The notes under the pieces: model-generated
Told to the model about the DNA's origin: nothing
Databases searched by the model: none
The model's input: only the letters and a program-made list of their open reading frames with translations
Shown here: one piece after another, positions 7,899-11,362 of the stretch
Numbering within the stretch: the first letter of the stretch is position 1
Layout: every line of letters starts with the position of its first letter
Assembly (NCBI GenBank): GCA_964645535.1
Contig: CAZYCQ010000080.1
Location: 1 to 11,362, forward strand
DNA length: 11,362 bases
Reading direction: 5' to 3'
Origin: an uncultured archaeon
Lineage (GTDB): Archaea; Asgardarchaeota; Heimdallarchaeia; Heimdallarchaeales; Kariarchaeaceae
Position numbers and translations under genes: made by a program

Positions 7899-8504
7899 TT
7901 ATCTAAACTTAAGGTGGCGCTTATGTTTTTTAGAAAGGAGGAGGGCGATGGATATTCCAAGCCAAGAAATTGGAAGGAAATTGTTGGAGGTTATTTCATC
8001 AACACGATGGCCAACGTATCCAAAACGGATATCAACATCAATTACCACACTTTCATTTCCGAAATAATAGAGCACCAATTTTATGGAGTTAGGGTCATCC
8101 AGCCATGTTCCATTCTCATCTTTCAAGGCAAATGGATAGGATATGTCAATAAATGATGAAAACATCCATTGGTCTAAAATTGCGAGGTCCGGATCCTGAG
8201 AGTTAAGGCCGTTCTCTTCAGGTACGGGTTTGGCCACACGACTTTCATTGCGAAAATACACCAACCTGAAATCGAACCAGTCAACATTCGTGTGATTTTT
8301 GAATATCAACCTAATTGCTTCAAACTGGACTCCGTTATATTCCATTTCTACAATACTCTCGTTCACGGAATACACGAATTCCTTGTAACCGGGCCCGTCA
8401 AAGGTAAAGGAAGTCTGTCCAAGTAGTGGAGTAGACTCAGTCGCCCCTAATGTCGAGATCACCAAAAATGCTAGAAGGGAAAATACTATTAATTTTCGAA
8501 CCAT
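7899..8504 (-). CDS. Secreted/surface protein with signal peptide and C-terminal membrane anchor (CTERM-like sorting signal)
   Basis: N-terminus MVRKLIVFSLLAFLVISTLGA; beta-rich acidic core; C-terminus FLPISWLGISIALLL-SKKHKRHLKFR (Pro motif, hydrophobic segment, basic tail). The SD-like GAGGTGA overlaps the stop codon of the upstream gene. Confidence 0.85.
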   Translation of the reverse strand: MVRKLIVFSLLAFLVISTLGATESTPLLGQTSFTFDGPGYKEFVYSVNESIVEMEYNGVQFEAIRLIFKNHTNVDWFDFRLVYFRNESRVAKPVPEENGLNSQDPDLAILDQWMFSSFIDISYPFALKDENGTWLDDPNSIKLVLYYFGNESVVIDVDIRFGYVGHRVDEITSNNFLPISWLGISIALLLSKKHKRHLKFR

Positions 8505-8513
8505 TATCTCACC

Positions 8514-9740
8514 TCAAAATATTCCTCCTCCAAGAGAGGACGCGACATCCCGTCCAAGATTGAAAGCATTTTCAAAAAGGATATCCAAGTATATCCATCC
8601 CCATCCATTATAAACATTATGTGAAGTGGAAGAGGATGAAGAGTCCCTGAGCAACTGATAGATCTCAGTTGGGGTGGGATCGCTGAAAGAGTGTATGGCA
8701 ACAGATCGGAAGCCCATATTGTATGCATAAACCGCAATCAAAGCAGAAGCTGCAAGATATGGGGTACTGAAGCTGGTGCCCATGGCATACTCCCATCTGC
8801 CACCTCCAACATATATAGGGACACCGTTTCCAGGCATTGCAAAATCAACGGCCTCTGAAGGATCTTGATTATATTCAGACCCATATGATGTTGTAAAGGG
8901 AGACCACCCTGCACTTCCAGTGTATTCCCCCTTTTTGGATTCTTGGAAGAACCGCCCAAATTGCCTATAACGATTTTCATGATCAACCGATGCAACAGCA
9001 TAAACATCAGGAAGTCCTTGTGGGAAAGTACCTCCATGATATCTTCCATCGTTCCCTATTGCAGAAACCATGAAGACTCCTTTGTCAGCGATATCTAAAA
9101 TTCTTGAAATAACGTTCCAAGGAGGTAACAAGTAGACATTAAAGGACATTGAGATTACATCGATATCGTAGGAATCTACATTATTTAATATCCAATCCCA
9201 AATGACTACATCCGCATGACTCCTAAATCCTATGTTATCATCCCCCAGTTGGAGGTTAACAAAGATAACCTTAGCATGTTTGGCAATAGATCCCAAAGCA
9301 CTAATCACCTCCCTACCATGCCCATCGCTAGGATAGTAGCCTAGCACGTCATTCCATTGCGAATCCGTTAACGGTAAAGTAGGATCATATTTAATAATAT
9401 CAACCTCACCATTAGCATCAGGAGTCAGATATGCAACAATATCGACATCGACACCGTATAGGGGAGATGTCAGTTCCCTCCAATCAGTAACGGAAAGACC
9501 GTCATCCATGACCACCACAGTTCCCTTGAAATCTCCATCAGACGGAAGATCATTAAGAACCAAGTTGCAATGGACAAAAACAAGTGCAGGGTCTTTGCAA
9601 TCCTCAATATCGCTTTGGACGGCAGTATCACCCCCAAAACCATTTTTCTCAGAAACACTTAATGGCTGAGGGATGGTTGTGAAGGATGGTGATACAAGAA
9701 TAATCATGAATAAAACACTCAGCAGCTTTGAAATAAGCAT
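8514..9740 (-). CDS. Secreted subtilisin-like serine protease (peptidase S8)
   Basis: Signal peptide; catalytic motifs in the correct order: VVVMD79DG, DGH141G, oxyanion SAIGN230DG, VDFAMPG, GTS323FSTP; terminal YNGWGWI motif. Confidence 0.93.
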   Translation of the reverse strand: MLISKLLSVLFMIILVSPSFTTIPQPLSVSEKNGFGGDTAVQSDIEDCKDPALVFVHCNLVLNDLPSDGDFKGTVVVMDDGLSVTDWRELTSPLYGVDVDIVAYLTPDANGEVDIIKYDPTLPLTDSQWNDVLGYYPSDGHGREVISALGSIAKHAKVIFVNLQLGDDNIGFRSHADVVIWDWILNNVDSYDIDVISMSFNVYLLPPWNVISRILDIADKGVFMVSAIGNDGRYHGGTFPQGLPDVYAVASVDHENRYRQFGRFFQESKKGEYTGSAGWSPFTTSYGSEYNQDPSEAVDFAMPGNGVPIYVGGGRWEYAMGTSFSTPYLAASALIAVYAYNMGFRSVAIHSFSDPTPTEIYQLLRDSSSSSTSHNVYNGWGWIYLDILFENAFNLGRDVASSLGGGIF

Positions 9741-9761
9741 GATTTGTAAGAAAAAAAAAAC

Positions 9762-9769
9762 TATTTAAA
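9762..9769 (-). promoter_or_regulatory. TATA box of the protease operon (near-leaderless mRNA)
   Basis: TTTAAATA at -29 to -22 from ATG9740, followed by a T10 tract; no SD sequence. Confidence 0.7.
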
Positions 9770-9916
9770 AGTTGTGATGTAATTGAATAATTTTGAGGAG
9801 GCATAGAGAAAATCAAGAATATACAATAGAAAAATGACCATAGAAAGAAAAAAGCGAATTGTCAAGGAACGGGAAATAAAATCATAAAGTGCCTAGAAAA
9901 TGAAGGGAGAGTTCTT

Positions 9917-10336
9917 CTATTCCTTTTCAAGCTGGAAGTTGAGTTGCCAACCGATACCGAACGGATCGGTCATCGAAGCGAAAAGTGCACCCCAAAAGGT
10001 CTCCTGCAATTCCATGCTTGCCTTGAAGCCATTGTCCAAAGCCCTTTTGTAGATTCCTTCTACCTGCTCCCTACTGTCTGCATTCAAGAGAATGTCCATC
10101 TTCCTTCCCTCAGAATCATGAATGGTATCGGCCATATAGAGGACATCGCCATAAATTCTGAGCTCTGCATGCATGGTCGATTTCTCATAGTCAAAGTCAT
10201 CCGGCAGACCCATTGACTTGCCGACTTCAGGAGTGAATTTGTTGTGATCCACCACTTCAGCTTCGAACACTTTCTTGTAGACTTCAATAGCCGCAAGGCT
10301 ATTCTTTACGAAAACATAGGGTACTAGTTTCGCCAT
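9917..10336 (-). CDS. VOC/glyoxalase superfamily protein, PhnB-like
   Basis: LVPYVFV...AIEVYKKVF...MHAELRIYG..LYMAD...MELQETFWGALFASMTDPFGIGWQLN, the typical PhnB/VOC signature. Confidence 0.93.
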   Translation of the reverse strand: MAKLVPYVFVKNSLAAIEVYKKVFEAEVVDHNKFTPEVGKSMGLPDDFDYEKSTMHAELRIYGDVLYMADTIHDSEGRKMDILLNADSREQVEGIYKRALDNGFKASMELQETFWGALFASMTDPFGIGWQLNFQLEKE

Positions 10337-10358
10337 ACAAGGGAGAAGTCCAGAATGA

Positions 10359-10364
10359 ATTTAA
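10359..10364 (-). promoter_or_regulatory. TATA box of the VOC gene (leaderless)
   Basis: TTAAAT at -28 to -23 from ATG10336. Confidence 0.55.
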
Positions 10365-10627
10365 GGCATTCGGCAGGAGATACCTCAAAGTGAAATTCAA
10401 TACTTTCCGAGGCTTTCTGACAGGGAGAGGGCAAATCCCACAGCCAATCGTAGGACAATTGAGGGAACACTCTTTCCCGATGCTTCATCTTTGAAGGAGG
10501 ATCAGCCATTCGCAAGAAAAACATGAATGATTTTTTTTAACCTCCCTGCAGCATAAGAATGCGAATGGAAGGACGTTGCAAACATTGCACAGATGCAAAG
10601 GGATTGTGATCAAGAAAACTTGATGAT

Positions 10628-11362
10628 TCAAATCTTGAGGATCAATTCCGGTTTGAATTTAGGGTTTTCTTCCACTTCGCGGTAGCCACGAGGATTGCAC
10701 ACCACCCTCGTCCTGCCAATGCGATAATTGAAGGAATCATGGGTGTGCCCATGGATCCAGTAGCGAGGGGAATGCTTTTTGATCAACCAGTCCAGATCGC
10801 TATAAAAGGCTGCATTGAGCAATGAGCCTCTGAAACGCCGATGGACGCTCCGTCGGGAGGGGACATGGTGGGTTATGACAACGGTTCGGTGTTGGTCACC
10901 TTTAGGCAATTCATGTTCAAGCCAATGGAGGCTTTGGTTATGCATTTGAATGGTGTCTTGTGCGGAAAGGATAGCCCCATCCAATCGGATAGCATGGTAG
11001 TCATTCATCATAGCTTGACATTCCTGGATGGCAGGCCAAAAGCCCTTGTTCATGTCAGTCCAGAGCGTTGCACCCAAAAAACGGACGCCATGTAGTTCAA
11101 CAGTTCCGTTTTCGAGGACATAGAGATTTTCCAGTTCCAAATTCAACCAAAAGGAGAGAATATCCCTGTACTCGTGATTGTAGAACTCGTGATTACCGAG
11201 TACATAGATCACCGGACTCTTCTTGGTCTCCTTCTGGATGAAATCAAGAGCACCCTTGCCCACGCCAATGTCACCTGCAAGAACGAGGACGTCGCGATCG
11301 ATCTCTGGAAGCTCAATGTCGCCGAATTCCAAATGCAGGTCGCTTACTGCATGGATTTTCAT
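10628..11362 (-). CDS. Calcineurin-like metallophosphoesterase (MPP superfamily)
   Basis: All five metal-binding motifs are present: SDLH, AGD, GNHE, THH, HGHTH, plus a C-terminal NPRGY. Confidence 0.95.
   Translation of the reverse strand: MKIHAVSDLHLEFGDIELPEIDRDVLVLAGDIGVGKGALDFIQKETKKSPVIYVLGNHEFYNHEYRDILSFWLNLELENLYVLENGTVELHGVRFLGATLWTDMNKGFWPAIQECQAMMNDYHAIRLDGAILSAQDTIQMHNQSLHWLEHELPKGDQHRTVVITHHVPSRRSVHRRFRGSLLNAAFYSDLDWLIKKHSPRYWIHGHTHDSFNYRIGRTRVVCNPRGYREVEENPKFKPELILKI

Noticed and set aside
10324-10524. 66-aa ORF between the VOC and phosphoesterase genes
   Set aside because: It overlaps the VOC promoter and start, and has no motifs.
1-11362. CRISPR array, tnpB/omega-RNA, integrase
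   Set aside because: No regularly spaced 25-40-bp repeats, no RuvC/zinc-finger ORF after tnpA, and no tyrosine recombinase motifs were seen.

Overview
Archaeal DNA, most likely an Asgard archaeon. This lineage is inferred from the A1:U72 initiator tRNA without encoded CCA, TATA boxes directly before start codons, and a 7TM-longin fusion gene. From left to right: (1) an AT-rich stretch with a possible membrane-protein ORF running off the edge; (2) tRNA-iMet(CAU) on the minus strand; (3) a decayed accessory block (~1000-5600) in which a ~700-bp TnpB-less IS607 element sits between two divergent, damaged genes, a membrane-anchored HerA/VirD4-like ATPase cut off just after its Walker A and a >=900-codon orphan frame with an in-frame amber and a possible PD-(D/E)xK nuclease domain; (4) a 7TM sensor fused to a C-terminal longin-like domain, split by a one-base frameshift at the domain junction; (5) a two-gene operon of a secreted S8 subtilase with almost no propeptide and a C-terminally anchored surface protein; (6) a PhnB/VOC-family gene; (7) a calcineurin-like metallophosphoesterase. 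All calls come from reading the sequence by eye; no database searches were run.
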